DNA of 64,000 nt from NCBI GenBank assembly GCA_963695995.1, contig CAVOIV010000029.1, positions 70,914-134,913 on the forward strand, read 5' to 3'. Positions 20,548-33,308 of the stretch are shown piece after piece (the first letter of the stretch is position 1; each line of letters opens with the position of its first letter). Below the pieces are notes generated by a model. That model was not told the origin of the DNA, ran no database searches, and worked only from the letters and a program-made list of their open reading frames with translations. The translations under genes and the position numbers were made by a program. This DNA is from an uncultured Methylomirabilota bacterium. Its GTDB lineage: Bacteria; Methylomirabilota; Methylomirabilia; Methylomirabilales; 2-02-FULL-66-22.

Positions 20548-21655
20548 ATGGCTGACGTGCGGTTGGAGAAGCTGGGCGCGGTCTTCGGGACCCACCGAGT
20601 CTTTGAAGGCTTCACGCTGACGATCCGGGACGGGGAGTGCTTCTCTCTGCTGGGGCCCTCGGGGTGCGGGAAGACCGTGGTCCTGCGGATGATCGCGGGG
20701 TTCGAGCACCCCAGCGCGGGCGAGGTGTTCATCGGAGACCAGTTGGTCTCCAGCGCGGCCCGGAAGGTCCACGTGCCCACGGAATTCCGGAACATCGGGG
20801 TCGTCTTCCAGGACTACGCGGTGTGGCCGCACAAGACGGTCTTCGACAACGTGGTCTACCCGCTGCAGATCCAGAAGGTGGCCGCGGCGGAGGCCAAGAC
20901 GCGGACGCTGGAGGCGATTGCTCAGGTGCACCTGGCAGGGTTGGACGACCGCTACCCGTCGCAGCTCTCCGGCGGGCAGCAGCAACGCGTGGCCCTGGCG
21001 CGCGCCCTGGTCTCGCGGCCGAAGATCATGCTCCTGGACGAGCCGCTCACCAATCTGGACGCGAACCTCCGCGAGGAGATGCGGTTCGAGATCAAGGACC
21101 TGCAGCGGCGGACCGGCGTCACGATCCTGTACGTCACCCACGACCAGGAGGTGGCGCTGGCCATCTCGGATCGGATCGGGATCATGGGGCCGGACGGGTC
21201 GCTCCGCCAGATCGGCGATCCGCACTCGATCTACACCGACCCGGATGACGGCTTCGTCTTCAATTTTCTGGGGGTGGCGAACTTCATCCCGGTGGAGCGG
21301 CGGAACGGCGCGGTCCACATCCAGGGGAGCGACCTGCCGCTCCGGGCCGAGATCTCGCCGGCCGCGCGGGAGCGCATCGCGAAGGACGAGGTGGTGGCCG
21401 CCTGCCGCCCCTTCGAGATCGATCTGGTTCGGGACGGCGGGGCGACCCGCGGCGTGGTACGGCGGCGGGTCTTTCTGGGGCCGATCGTGACCTATTTCAT
21501 CACGGTCGGTGCGGTCGAGATCCGCGCGCAGCAGGAGGCGGCGGAGGCCTTCCGGGAGCGGGCGCCCCTTGGAGGAGGGGGAGGCGTGCGGTCTCACCTT
21601 CCAGGCCTTGCGGTGGTACGACAAGGCCGGCATCGGGAAGGAGGCCCTCGCATGA
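20548..21655 (+). CDS. ABC transporter ATP-binding protein (PotA/FbpC-like) 1, one frameshift near the 3' end
   Basis: Walker A GPSGCGKT, LSGGQQQRVALARAL and Walker B MLLDEP are present. The C-terminal ..EEGEACGLTFQALRWYDKAGIGKEALA is in another frame (junction at about 21570). Its TGA overlaps the permease ATG (ATGA at 21652). Confidence 0.85.
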
Positions 21656-23353
21656 CCGGCACCGATCGCAGGTTCGGCCTGGCGGAACTGCTGCTCCTGT
21701 TCTCGGTCCTGGTCCTGGTCGTGGTGGTGGCCGTTCCGATCCTGCTCATCATCTGGAACGCCTTCGTGGTGGACGGCGGGCTGAACATCGTGGGGGTGGC
21801 CCAGGTCCTGAGCCAGCCCGACGTGTTCCAGGCGGTCGTGAACTCCCTGGTGATCGCCGGCGCGGTCACCGTGCTGAGCACCATCCTGGGCGTCTTCTTC
21901 GCCTGGCTGGTCTCGCGGACCGACCTGCCCTTCAAGGAGACGATGAAGCTGCTGTTCCTCGTCCCCTTCATGCTCCCCTCCTTCATCGGGGCGATCGCCT
22001 GGAAGATCCTGCTGTCGCCGCGGGCCGGTCTCGTCAACAAGGGGTTCATGAGCCTCTTCGGCACCGAGCAGGTGCTCTTCAACATCTATAGCCTGACCGG
22101 CATCATCGCCGTGGAGAGCATGTACCTCTTTCCCTTCGTCTTCATCCAGGTGTCGGGCGCGCTGGAGCGGATGGACCCGACGCTGGAGGAGTCGGCGCGG
22201 ATCTCCGGGGCGGGGCTGCTCACCATCACGCGCCGGATCACGCTACCGCTGATGCTGCCCAGCATCGCGGCCGGGGCGCTGCTGGTCGCGCTCTACTCGC
22301 TGGCCCACTTCGGCGTCCCCGCGGTCCTGGGGACGGAGGCCGGCATCTTCAACATCCCGACGCTGATCTACCAGAAGATCTACGCCAGCGGCGGCCGGTT
22401 CGAGGCGATCCGGGCGGGGACGATCCTGTCCTCCATCCTGGTGGTGTCGGCCGCGCTCATTCTCTATTCGCAGAACCGGATCCTGACGGCGGGCCGGTTC
22501 CAGGTCATCGCGGGGAAGAGCGTGCGGCCGATGCTCCTGAAGCTCCGCGGCCTCAAGTACCCGCTGCTCATCCTGAGCATCGTCTACATCGCGGTGACCG
22601 TGCTTCTGCCCACCGTCACGATCTTCCTGGTGGCGCTGCTCCGGACGTATGGCCTCAGCTTTGCGCTGGAGAACATGACGCTGCACAACTTCACGTACAT
22701 CCTGTTCACCATGAAACTGACCAGGGACGCCATCTGGAACAGCTTCTACCTGTCCCTGGCGGCGGCGCTGGTGACGATGCTGGTGGGCACGCTCATCTCC
22801 TACGTGATCGTGAAGATGCGGGTGCGCGGGAAGTTCCTGCTGGAGTTCCTGGGGCTGTTGCCCTTCTCGGTGCCCGGGACGGTCATCGCGCTGGGCGTGA
22901 TCCTGATGTGGAGCGGGAAGTTCGGCGTGAACCTCTACAATACGGCCTGGATCATCTTCGTGGCCTACATCGCCCGCTACATGGCCTTCGCGCTGAAATC
23001 CACCTCGGCCGCGCTGGAGCAGGTCGGCGACTCGCTGGAGGAGGCGGCCCGCGCCTGCGGTGCCAGCCACTGGCAGGCGATGAAGGATGTCGTGTTGCCC
23101 CTGATCAAGCCCGGCATGGTGGCGGCGTTCTTTCTGATCTTCCTGCCGGCCTTGCGCGAGCTGACCACCTCCGTGCTGCTCTACGGACCCGACCACCCGG
23201 ACCATCGGGGTGGCGATCTACGCGCTGAACGAGGACGGCGAGACGGTGTACGCCGCCGCGCTCTCGGCCGTGGCGCTGATCATCATCGTGATCGGACAGT
23301 GGGTCATCAAGAAGGTCACCGGCACGACCAAGATCGCCGGGGGAGGATCCTGA
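21652..23353 (+). CDS. fused two-domain ABC permease (FbpB/iron(III)-type), one frameshift near the 3' end
   Basis: About 566 aa and polytopic, with two EAA-type permease halves (..ESARISGAG.. and ..EAARACGAS..). The last ~50 aa (TIGVAIYALNEDGETVY..) are in another frame, with the junction at about 23195. Confidence 0.8.
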
Positions 23354-23355
23354 CC

Positions 23356-24433
23356 ATGGCGCACGTGATCCTCCAGGACATCACCAAGCGGTTCGGCAGC
23401 GTGGTGGCCGTGGACAAGCTCAACCTCGAGATCGCGCGCGGCGAGTGCATCTCCTTCCTCGGCCCGTCCGGCTGCGGCAAGACGACGACGCTCCGCATGC
23501 TGGCCGGCTTCGAGGACCTGGACGAGGGGGAGATCCTGGTCGGAGACCGCGTCATCTCCTCCAGCTTCAAGAATTACTACCTGCCGCCGGAGAAGCGGGA
23601 CTTCGGGATGGTGTTCCAGGCCTTCGCGGTCTGGCCGCACCTCTCGGTGTTCGACAACGTGGCCTTCCCGCTGCAGATCCGCGGCCTTTCGCGGTCGGAG
23701 ATCCGGGAGAAGACGACCACGGCCCTCAAGTACACCGGCCTGCTCGAAGCCAAGGACAGCTATCCGAACGCAGCTGTCGGGCGGACAGAAGCAGCGGATC
23801 GCGCTGGCCCGCTCCATCTCGTTCAATCCGACGGTCATGCTCCTGGACGAGCCGCTCTCGAATCTCGATCCGAAGATGCGCGAGGTGATGCGGTTCGAGA
23901 TCAAGGAGCTGCAGAAGCGGTTCAACTTCACCATCATCTACGTCACCCACGACCAGGCCGAGGCCATGGCGCTCTCCGACCGGATCGTGGTGATGGATTT
24001 CGGGGCGTTGGTCCAGCAGGACGACACGCCGGTCAACGTGTACCTCAAACCGGCGAACAAGTTCGTCTTCGGCTTCATCGGCCTGTCGAACTTCCTGGAG
24101 GTGGAGGTGGCGGACGGGCAGGTCTACCTCAAGGGCGCCCGGGAGGCGGGGCCGGTGACGGCCGCCGTCCCCGCGCATGCGCCGGGGAACCCGCCCACGC
24201 TGGCCTGCCGCCCCGGAGAGATCGACCTGATGCGCGACGGGGGCGTCCGCGGCGTGGTGGCGCGCCGGGTCCTCCTGGGGGACATCATCGACTACCGGGT
24301 GACGGTCGGCGCGACCGAGGTCCGGGTGCAGCGGAACGTGCGCAAGCCGGTGTTCCGCGAAGGGGATCCGTGCGGGCTGACGTTCTCGACGCTGCACTGG
24401 TACGACGAGACCGGAGCCCGGGTGAACGGTTGA
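23356..24433 (+). CDS. ABC transporter ATP-binding protein 2, one frameshift
   Basis: Walker A GPSGCGKT is in the long 20527 frame. LSGGQKQRIALARS, MLLDEP and the C-terminal ..GDPCGLTFSTLHWYDETG are in the 23837..24433 frame. The junction is at about 23770. Confidence 0.85.
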
Positions 24434-24486
24434 TCGCCCTGCCCCGGCGAGGGGGGGTGATCCGAGAGAGGACGGACGACGCGGTC

Positions 24487-25155
24487 ATGGCGCGGTACGT
24501 GTTGATCCGGCACGGGGAATCCGTGTGGAACGGGGAGCGGCGGATCCAGGGGAACCAGGATCCGCCGCTGTCGCCACGGGGGCGGCAACAAGCGGCACGG
24601 CTGGCGGCTCGGGTGGCCCACCGTTTGCGCACGGCGGCGGCCATCTACACGAGCCCCCTGCGCCGGGCGGCGGAGACCGCTGAGGCCCTCGGGGCCGCGA
24701 CGGGTCTGCCGGTCCTGCCGGAGCCGGGCCTCCAAGAGATGCGGCTCGGGCGGTGGGAGGGGATGCGGGTGCCCGAGATTCAGGCCGCCTTCCCCGGCAG
24801 TTACGAGCGGTGGCTGGCCGATCCGCTGACGCACCCGGCGCCTGACGGCGAGCGACTGGAAGATTTCGTACGCCGCGTGGTGGACGCCTGGACGCGACTC
24901 TGCGCCGCCCGCCCCGAGCAGGACCTGGTCCTGGTGTCCCACGGGGGGCCCATCAAGGCCATCGTCTGCCACGTCCTGGGGGTGCCGCCGCGCCGGCTCT
25001 TCCGGATCAAGCAGGACAACACGGCGGTCAGCGTGGTAGAGGCCGACACCACCACCGCGCGGGTCGTCCTGCTGAACGACACCTGCCATCTCGCCGAGGC
25101 GGGCGCCGACCTGATGCCGCGGGACGTCCTTACGGATCCCGGCGAGGCCGTCTAG
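24487..25155 (+). CDS. histidine phosphatase family protein (phosphoglycerate mutase / CobC-like)
   Basis: Intact 222 aa from ATG 24487. LIRHGESVWN (RHG motif), SPLRRA and VSHGG are present. Confidence 0.85.
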   Translation: MARYVLIRHGESVWNGERRIQGNQDPPLSPRGRQQAARLAARVAHRLRTAAAIYTSPLRRAAETAEALGAATGLPVLPEPGLQEMRLGRWEGMRVPEIQAAFPGSYERWLADPLTHPAPDGERLEDFVRRVVDAWTRLCAARPEQDLVLVSHGGPIKAIVCHVLGVPPRRLFRIKQDNTAVSVVEADTTTARVVLLNDTCHLAEAGADLMPRDVLTDPGEAV

Positions 25156-25157
25156 CA

Positions 25158-25306
25158 GGCTGCTGAAAAAGGCCCATCTGCCGCGTTGGCGTGCTCGGGC
25201 GCTCGCTGCGGCGTACCTGGAGTACGCCTCACTCGGCCCTGCGCCCGCCGCCTGGCATCTGGACCTTTTTGAGCAGCCTGGGGAAAAGGGGTTTTTCCGC
25301 ATCCTG
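25158..25306 (+). mobile_element. MITE-like palindromic repeat element, copy 1
   Basis: The termini are GGCTGCTGAAAAAGGCCC (25158-75) and GGACCTTTTTGAGCAGCC (25261-78). The interior is roughly self-complementary. The tail GGGGAAAAGGGGTTTTTCCGCATCCTG repeats the terminal motif. It starts 3 nt after a stop codon and is near-identical in reverse orientation to copy 3. Confidence 0.65.
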
Positions 25307-25341
25307 CTCATCCGCCCTTGTGCGTAGAGGAGTCCCGTCGC

Positions 25342-26118
25342 ATGGATCTGGCATCGTGTCGCGCGTTCATCTTCGATCTCGACGGCTGCGTCTATCACGG
25401 CAACACGCTGCTGCCGCAGGTGGAGACCCTGCTCGCCGTGCTGCGCCGAACCGGCCGCCACGTGCTCTTCCTCACCAACAATTCTCGGGAGGGGACCGAC
25501 GATCTGCTGGCGAAGCTCCACCGGCTCGGCATCGCGGCCGCGCCGGAAGAGATCGTTTCAGCGGCCGAGGCGACCGGGCCGTTCGTTCGGGAGCGTTACG
25601 GGCCGGCGCGCCTCCTGGCGGTGGGATCCCCGCGGCTGCTCGGGCTGCTTCAGGCGGCGGGCCATCGCTTGCTGCCGCCGGAGGCCTGCCGCGAGGCTCA
25701 GGTCGTGGTGATGGGGCACGACGACGCATTCGACTATCCGAAGCTCACGGCGCTGACGCGCGCGGTACGATCGCGAGCGGCGTTCGTGGCGGTGAATCTG
25801 GACCCCCGGCTTCCCGTCGAGGGCGGGGAATTCTTTCCGGGGTGCGGGGCGCTGGTGGAGGCGGTCGCGACGGCCGCCGGGTTCCGGCCCGTGGTGGTGG
25901 GGAAGCCAGAGCCGCACCTGTTCCAGGTGGCGCTGGCGCGCCTCCAGCTCCCCCCGAGCGCGGTGGTCATGGTCGGGGATAGTCCCCTCTCCGACATCCG
26001 CGGCGCCCAGGGGGCGTCGCTCCGGACCATCTGGATCGCCCCCCCGGATGCCGAGGCCGGCGACCTGCGCCCGGACCTGACGATCCATAGCTACGCCGAG
26101 CTCCTGCCCGCGCTCTGA
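25342..26118 (+). CDS. HAD-superfamily hydrolase, subfamily IIA (NagD-like)
   Basis: Intact 258 aa from ATG 25342. FIFDLDGCVYHG, FLTNNS, GKPEP and MVGDS are the HAD motifs I-IV. Confidence 0.8.
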   Translation: MDLASCRAFIFDLDGCVYHGNTLLPQVETLLAVLRRTGRHVLFLTNNSREGTDDLLAKLHRLGIAAAPEEIVSAAEATGPFVRERYGPARLLAVGSPRLLGLLQAAGHRLLPPEACREAQVVVMGHDDAFDYPKLTALTRAVRSRAAFVAVNLDPRLPVEGGEFFPGCGALVEAVATAAGFRPVVVGKPEPHLFQVALARLQLPPSAVVMVGDSPLSDIRGAQGASLRTIWIAPPDAEAGDLRPDLTIHSYAELLPAL

Positions 26119-26128
26119 CCCCGGGCGG

Positions 26129-27229
26129 TTAATACATGAACCGTCGCATGTGGATGTTGAGGAGGAGGCCGAGGCTCAGCATGGTCGTCAGCATGGAGGA
26201 GCCGCCGTAGCTCAGGAGGGGGAGCGGGATGCCCACGACGGGGAGCATGCCCGAGTACCATGGCCACGTTGATGAAGACCTGGATCGCCAAGCGTGATGG
26301 TGATCCCCGTGGCCAGCAGACTGGCGAAGAAGTCGGTGGAGTCGCCGGCGATCTGGAAACCCCGGGTGATCACATAGACAAACACCAGCAGGACCAGCAG
26401 GCAGCCCAGAAAGCCCCACTGCTCCGCCAGGACGGCGAACAGGAAATCGGTGTGGTTCATGGGGAGGAAGTTCAGCTGGCTCTGCGAGGCGGCCATCCAC
26501 CCCTTGCCGAACGCCCCACCCGAGCCCGACGGCGATCTTCGACTGAGCGATGTGATAGCTGGCCCCGAGCGGGTCCAGGTCGGGATTGAGATACACCAGG
26601 ATGCGCCGCCGCTGGTAGTCCTTGAGGAACGACCAGAGGAGCGGCGCGAGGACGCCGCCCGTGATGCCGAGCGGCAGCAGGTATTTCCAGTGGAGGCCGA
26701 GCAAGAGCATGAGGGCGGTGGCGTTGAACACGAGGAGGAGTGCCGTCCCGAGATCGGGCTGCTTGAGTACCAGCGCCGCACAGGCCAGGGTGAGGCCGGC
26801 CGGGACCAGCATGGTCTTGGGCTGGTGCAGGATCTCCCGCCGGTCATCGAAGTAGCGCGCCAGGAAGAGCACCAGGCTGAGCTTCATGAATTCCGACGGT
26901 TGGAATGCGATCGGTCCGATCCGGATCCAGCGCTGGGCCCCCAGGCCCGTCTTGCCCAGGACGAGCACGACCAGGAGCAGGAACACGTTCAGCCCGAAGA
27001 TGACGTAGGCGAAGCGCGCCAGATTGCGATAGCTCACCGTGCACGCCAGGACGAGGACGCACAGCCCGATCGCCAGCCAGGTGAGCTGCCGCAGGTGCAG
27101 GGTCTGGCGAAAGGGGGAGGCGGTCAAGGCGTTGGCGCTGTAAATCGACAGCACCCCGAGACACGCCATCCCCAGGATGGCGGCGGCGAAGCTCCAGTCG
27201 AAGTAGGTCAGCAATCGGCGATCGAACAT
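26129..27229 (-). CDS. rodA: SEDS-family peptidoglycan polymerase RodA, two to three frameshifts
   Basis: The N-terminal 230 aa and the C-terminus (..LPVVGIPLPLLSYGGSSMLT..) are in the 26129..27229 frame. The middle (..KIAVGSGGAFGKGW..NHTDFLFAVLAEQWGF..) is in the 26212..26847 frame. It is the last gene of the mre operon. Confidence 0.85.
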   Translation of the reverse strand: MFDRRLLTYFDWSFAAAILGMACLGVLSIYSANALTASPFRQTLHLRQLTWLAIGLCVLVLACTVSYRNLARFAYVIFGLNVFLLLVVLVLGKTGLGAQRWIRIGPIAFQPSEFMKLSLVLFLARYFDDRREILHQPKTMLVPAGLTLACAALVLKQPDLGTALLLVFNATALMLLLGLHWKYLLPLGITGGVLAPLLWSFLKDYQRRRILVYLNPDLDPLGASYHIAQSKIAVGLGWGVRQGVDGRLAEPAELPPHEPHRFPVRRPGGAVGLSGLPAGPAGVCLCDHPGFPDRRRLHRLLRQSAGHGDHHHAWRSRSSSTWPWYSGMLPVVGIPLPLLSYGGSSMLTTMLSLGLLLNIHMRRFMY

Positions 27230-27237
27230 AGCGAGCG

Positions 27238-27260
27238 CTCAGCTTTCAGCGTTCAGCGAT
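27238..27260. repeat. short heptamer array (CAGCTTT CAGCGTT CAGCGAT) between mrdA and rodA
   Basis: A tandem 7-nt period lies directly upstream of the rodA start codon. Confidence 0.55.
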
Positions 27261-27335
27261 CCGCAAAGAATTTCCGATAGCGACCGCGGTGTTCCCCCCG
27301 TCGCTGTCGCTATCCCTGTCGACCCTCCAGGCTTC

Positions 27336-29184
27336 TCAATCTTCCAGATCCGCCTCCTTGGGCTCGACGACGGGCGGACGCGCGGGAGGCTGGGGCTCCG
27401 CGAAGGCGGCCTGGTAGACCGCCTTGGCCACCGGGGCGGCGACCAGCCCGCCGAACCCCCCGTTCTCCACCAGGACCACCACGGCGAGCCGGGGGTTGTC
27501 CACGGGGGCGAACGACGCGAACCAGCCATGGTCCTTCACGTCCGCACTCCGCTTCTCCTCCCCCTTCTTCACCACCTGCGCGGTCCCGGTCTTGCCCCCG
27601 ATCGGCACGCCGGGCACCTTGGAGCGAGCGCCGGTGCCCTCCGTCCACGACGCCGAGCATGGCCTGCCGCATGAATGCGAGCGTCTCCGGCTTCACGTTC
27701 ACCTGGCGGAGCGCCTCCGGCTCGTACGATTCCAGGAGCTCGCCCGAGAGGGCCACGATCTTCTTGACCACCCACGGCCGGTAGATGGTCCCGCCGTTGG
27801 CGATGGCGGAGACCATGGCCAGGAGCTGCATGGGCGAGGTCACCACGGCGCCCTGGCCGATGCTGGCGTTCACCGTGTTGCCGGCGGTCCAGGGTGGCTC
27901 GCCGCGCCGTCGCGGTTGGGGGTTGGGGAGGTTCCCCTTGGCCTCGTCGCCCAGCCCGAGGCCGGGAGCCTCGCCCAGGCCGAAGGCGCGGGAGACGCGG
28001 ACGATTTCGTCGATGCCGACGCGCAGGCCCGCCTGATAGAAATACACATTGCAGGAGTTGACGATGGCGCCGCGCAGATCGAGCGCGCCGTGTCCGCCCT
28101 TCTTCCAGTCGTCGAACTTGACGTTCCCGAGGTAGAACTGTCCCGCGCAGTTGAACTTGGTCTCCGGGGTGAGGGCGCCGCTCTCCAGGCCGGCGATGGC
28201 CACGATCAGCTTGAAGATGGAGCCGGGCGGATACTGCGCCTGGAAGGCGCGGTTCTGCAGCGGGTGACTGGCGTCGGTGGCGATGCGCTGCCACTCGTCG
28301 CCCGAAAGGCGCTGGGCGAAGAGGTTGGGGTCGAAGGAGGGCCGACTCACCATGGCCACGATCTCGCCCGTGGTCGGATTCATGGCGACGACCGTCCCCT
28401 TCTTCCCGGCGAAGGCCGCCTCGGCCGCTTCCTGGACTTTCCGGTCGATGGTCAGGAAGACGTTGGCGCCGGACCGCGGGTCGATCCGGCTGACCAGGCG
28501 CAGGGCGCGGCCGCGGGCGTCCACTTCGATCTGCTCGCCGCCGTCCACCCCGCGGATGAAGGCGTCGAAGCGCCGCTCGACCCCCGACTGCCCCAGGCTC
28601 TCGCCCGGGCGGAAGTCGCGGAACTCCTCGCGCTGGAGCTGCGCCTGGTTCACCTCACTCACGTAGCCGAGCAGATTGGCCGCCGTCCCGCCGCTGGGGT
28701 ACGCGCGGATCGGGCGGATGCGGAGGTTGACCCCGGGAAGGTCCAGGCGGCGCTCCTCCACGGAGACCATCATGGCTTCGTCCAGGTCCTTGCGGATCAG
28801 GAGCGGCTGGTACGGGCGCGTCCGTCCCTCCGCCAGCCGGGCCTCGATGTCCCCGGGGGCCACCTTGAGAATCCCGGCCAAGGTGGCGGCCACCTCCTGG
28901 GGGTTCTTGACGTCCTCCGGCGTGGCGTAGAGGTCGAAGGTGGGCCGATTCTCGACCAGGACCTCGCCGTGCCGATCCAGGATGAAGCCGCGCGGCGCCT
29001 CCACCACCCGCAGCCGAAGGCGGTTGTTGGTCGACAGGGTGAAGTAGCGATCGCCTTCCAGGATCTGGAGATACCAGAGACGGAGGAGCAGCACCAGGCA
29101 GCCGATGCCGACGCAGAGCAGAGCCTTGCGGAGGCGCACGGGCAATGCCTGGACGGGGGACAGATGCCGAAACGTTCCTCTCAT
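27336..29184 (-). CDS. mrdA: penicillin-binding protein 2 (elongasome transpeptidase), one frameshift
   Basis: PBP dimerisation and transpeptidase sequence are present (SIFK = SxxK, SCN, and KTGTA in the C-terminal piece). The C-terminal ~90 aa are in the 27336..27617 frame, with the junction at about 27640. Confidence 0.9.
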
Positions 29185-29656
29185 ATGGCTCGCATGAGGG
29201 CTGCGCGCATCTGGGGCAGCCGCAGCAGCAGGAAACCGACCACGGCAGTGTACAGCGCCTCGGGCACGACCACCCCAAGGGCCGGCAGGAGCGGGGAGAC
29301 GCCCAGGAAGAAGACCAGGAGGGTCAACGTCACAACGCCCGCGCCGGCCGCACCGGCCAGGAGCAGCCAGAACTGCGCCAGGGGTTTCTCGGTGTGCAGA
29401 TCATGACTCAGCCAGGCCGTCGTGCAACCGATCAGGCTATACGTGAAGGCCCGCAGCCCCAGGGGACCGCCGGACAGCGCGTCCTGACAGAGGCCGACCA
29501 GGAACCCTTGGATCGTGGCGGCCTCCGGGCTGACGCGGGGGCTGAGCAGGAAGACCAGCAGCAGGAAGAGGTCGGGCCGGATGCCGCCCAGGCTGAAGGG
29601 TCCGAGCAGCACCGCCTGGACCGAGGCGCAGGCGAGCAGGCCGAGGACGAACAGCT

Positions 29657-29660
<4 letters not shown>
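29181..29660 (-). CDS. mreD: rod shape-determining protein MreD
   Basis: 159 aa from the ATG complement at 29658-60. It is hydrophobic, sits between mreC and mrdA, and has 4-nt overlaps on both sides. Confidence 0.8.
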
Positions 29661-31809
<2,149 letters not shown>

Positions 31810-31829
31810 TCAGACAAAGGGAACGCGGC

Positions 31830-32831
31830 ATGCTGAAAACGATGCGGGAAGGCAGTGCGTTCTTCGTCAAGGGCGTCATGGCGTTCGTGGTCGTGACGTT
31901 CGTCGGCACCATCTTCGTGGTGTGGGGGGTCAAATCCACCCCGGGAGAGCTCGGGCGGCGCGGGGTCGTCGCCGCGGTCGGGAGCACCGAGATCATGGCC
32001 GACGAGTATCAGCAGGCCTACCGCCGGCAGGTGGAGATGTACAAGCAGCTCTTCGGCGACAAGCTGGACGACAAGCTGCTGGAATCCATGAACCTGAAGC
32101 AGCAGGTGCTGGATCGGCTGATCCGGCGCACCCTGGTCCTGCAGTATGCCGAGCGCCTGCAGCTCGCGGTGGGACCGGAGGAGCTGGTCGCCGAGATCCA
32201 GCGCATCCCGGCCTTCGCCGGCCAGGACGGGTTCAACCGGCAGCGCTACCTCGATGTCCTGCGGGCCAATCGGCTCACCCCGGAGCGATTCGAGGCGGAG
32301 ATGCGCCGGGACCTCACGGAGCGCAAGATCGAGGGGTTGGTGCGGGATTCGGTCAAGGTGTCGGAGGCCGAGGCGCGCGAGGTGTTTTCTCGGGTCCGTC
32401 GCCAGGTGACCGTCGAGGTCGTGCAGCTCCCCGCGGGTGACGAGGGAAAGAAGGTCGCGGAGACGATCACGCTGGCCATGGGGAAGGGGAAGACGCTGGC
32501 GGCGGCGGGGCGCGAGGCCGGCGCGGCGGTCAAGGCGTACGGCCCGTTCCCGGTCACGACGCCGCCCAAAGAGATCCCCGATCCGGAGGTCTTCCGGCAG
32601 GCCGTCGTCCTGCTCAAGCCCGACGAGATGAGCCCTCTGGTGCCCGGGGAGAAGGCCTCCTACCTCTTGCGCCTGGTGTCACAGCAGTATCCGCCCGCCG
32701 AGGAGTTCGAGAAGGACAAGGGGGCGTTCCAGATGCAGCTCCTCATGACGAAGCGAGAAGCTGTTCTGGGCGACTGGATCCGGCAGCTCCGGCAGACGGC
32801 CAAGGTCACGGTCGAGGCGGACAGTCTCTAG
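31830..32831 (+). CDS. PpiD-like periplasmic chaperone (SurA N-terminal domain protein, no obvious parvulin domain)
   Basis: 333 aa from ATG 31830. MLKTMREGSAFFVKGVMAFVVVTFVG.. is the PpiD-type N-terminal anchor, followed by a SurA_N-like helical region. Confidence 0.6.
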   Translation: MLKTMREGSAFFVKGVMAFVVVTFVGTIFVVWGVKSTPGELGRRGVVAAVGSTEIMADEYQQAYRRQVEMYKQLFGDKLDDKLLESMNLKQQVLDRLIRRTLVLQYAERLQLAVGPEELVAEIQRIPAFAGQDGFNRQRYLDVLRANRLTPERFEAEMRRDLTERKIEGLVRDSVKVSEAEAREVFSRVRRQVTVEVVQLPAGDEGKKVAETITLAMGKGKTLAAAGREAGAAVKAYGPFPVTTPPKEIPDPEVFRQAVVLLKPDEMSPLVPGEKASYLLRLVSQQYPPAEEFEKDKGAFQMQLLMTKREAVLGDWIRQLRQTAKVTVEADSL

Positions 32832-32842
32832 CCCCGGATCTC

Positions 32843-32958
32843 ATGACCAATGACCAATTTCCAATGACCAATTGCGGAAGAGGCGCCCTACGCCCCGAAA
32901 CCGTCTATGCCTCATGCCGTATCCGCTCTTGGTCATTGTCCATGGGGAGTTGGTCATT
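32843..32958. repeat. inverted pair of TGACCAA / TTGGTCA heptamer arrays between convergent genes
   Basis: ATGACCAATGACCAATTTCCAATGACCAATTG (32843-74) and TTGGTCATTGTCCATGGGGAGTTGGTCATT (32929-58) can pair through the TGACCAA/TTGGTCA units. Confidence 0.7.
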
Positions 32959-32990
32959 CCCGCAGGTTTCGCGAGTCCGTGTAGTGCAGG

Positions 32991-33308
32991 TTAGGGTCGT
33001 AGCGTTCCGGCCGTCCCGGGCAGGCCGCCGACTTCCAGCATGGTGGATCGAATGGGGCGGGGATAGATGCGCTGCCAGGCCTCGTGCTTCGTGATGATGA
33101 TTTTGGAGAGCGCCGACGGCTCCGCCCGCAGGTCCCGCACCCGCTGGAAATCCTGGACCATACCCACGAGATAGGTGAGCAGCAGGCCACCCAGGACGAA
33201 CTGGGTCATGCCCCACCAGGCGCGCGGCGAGACCGCCACATTGGCAGGGGCGTCCGGGAGCTTGACAAGACCCGTCTCGACCTGAGTCAAAGCAAATTCA
33301 ATGGACAT
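32991..33308 (-). CDS. hypothetical small membrane protein
   Basis: 105-aa ORF with one clear hydrophobic segment (WWGMTQFVLGGLLLTYLVGMV). I recognise no family. Confidence 0.4.
   Translation of the reverse strand: MSIEFALTQVETGLVKLPDAPANVAVSPRAWWGMTQFVLGGLLLTYLVGMVQDFQRVRDLRAEPSALSKIIITKHEAWQRIYPRPIRSTMLEVGGLPGTAGTLRP

Noticed and set aside
20527-25155. A 1542-aa single ORF, which could look like a giant multidomain protein.
   Set aside because: It is a stop-free run of one frame across five separate genes (ATPase, fused permease, ATPase, histidine phosphatase and spacers). Internal RBS/ATG starts, ATGA overlaps and frameshifted 3' ends show they are individual cistrons.
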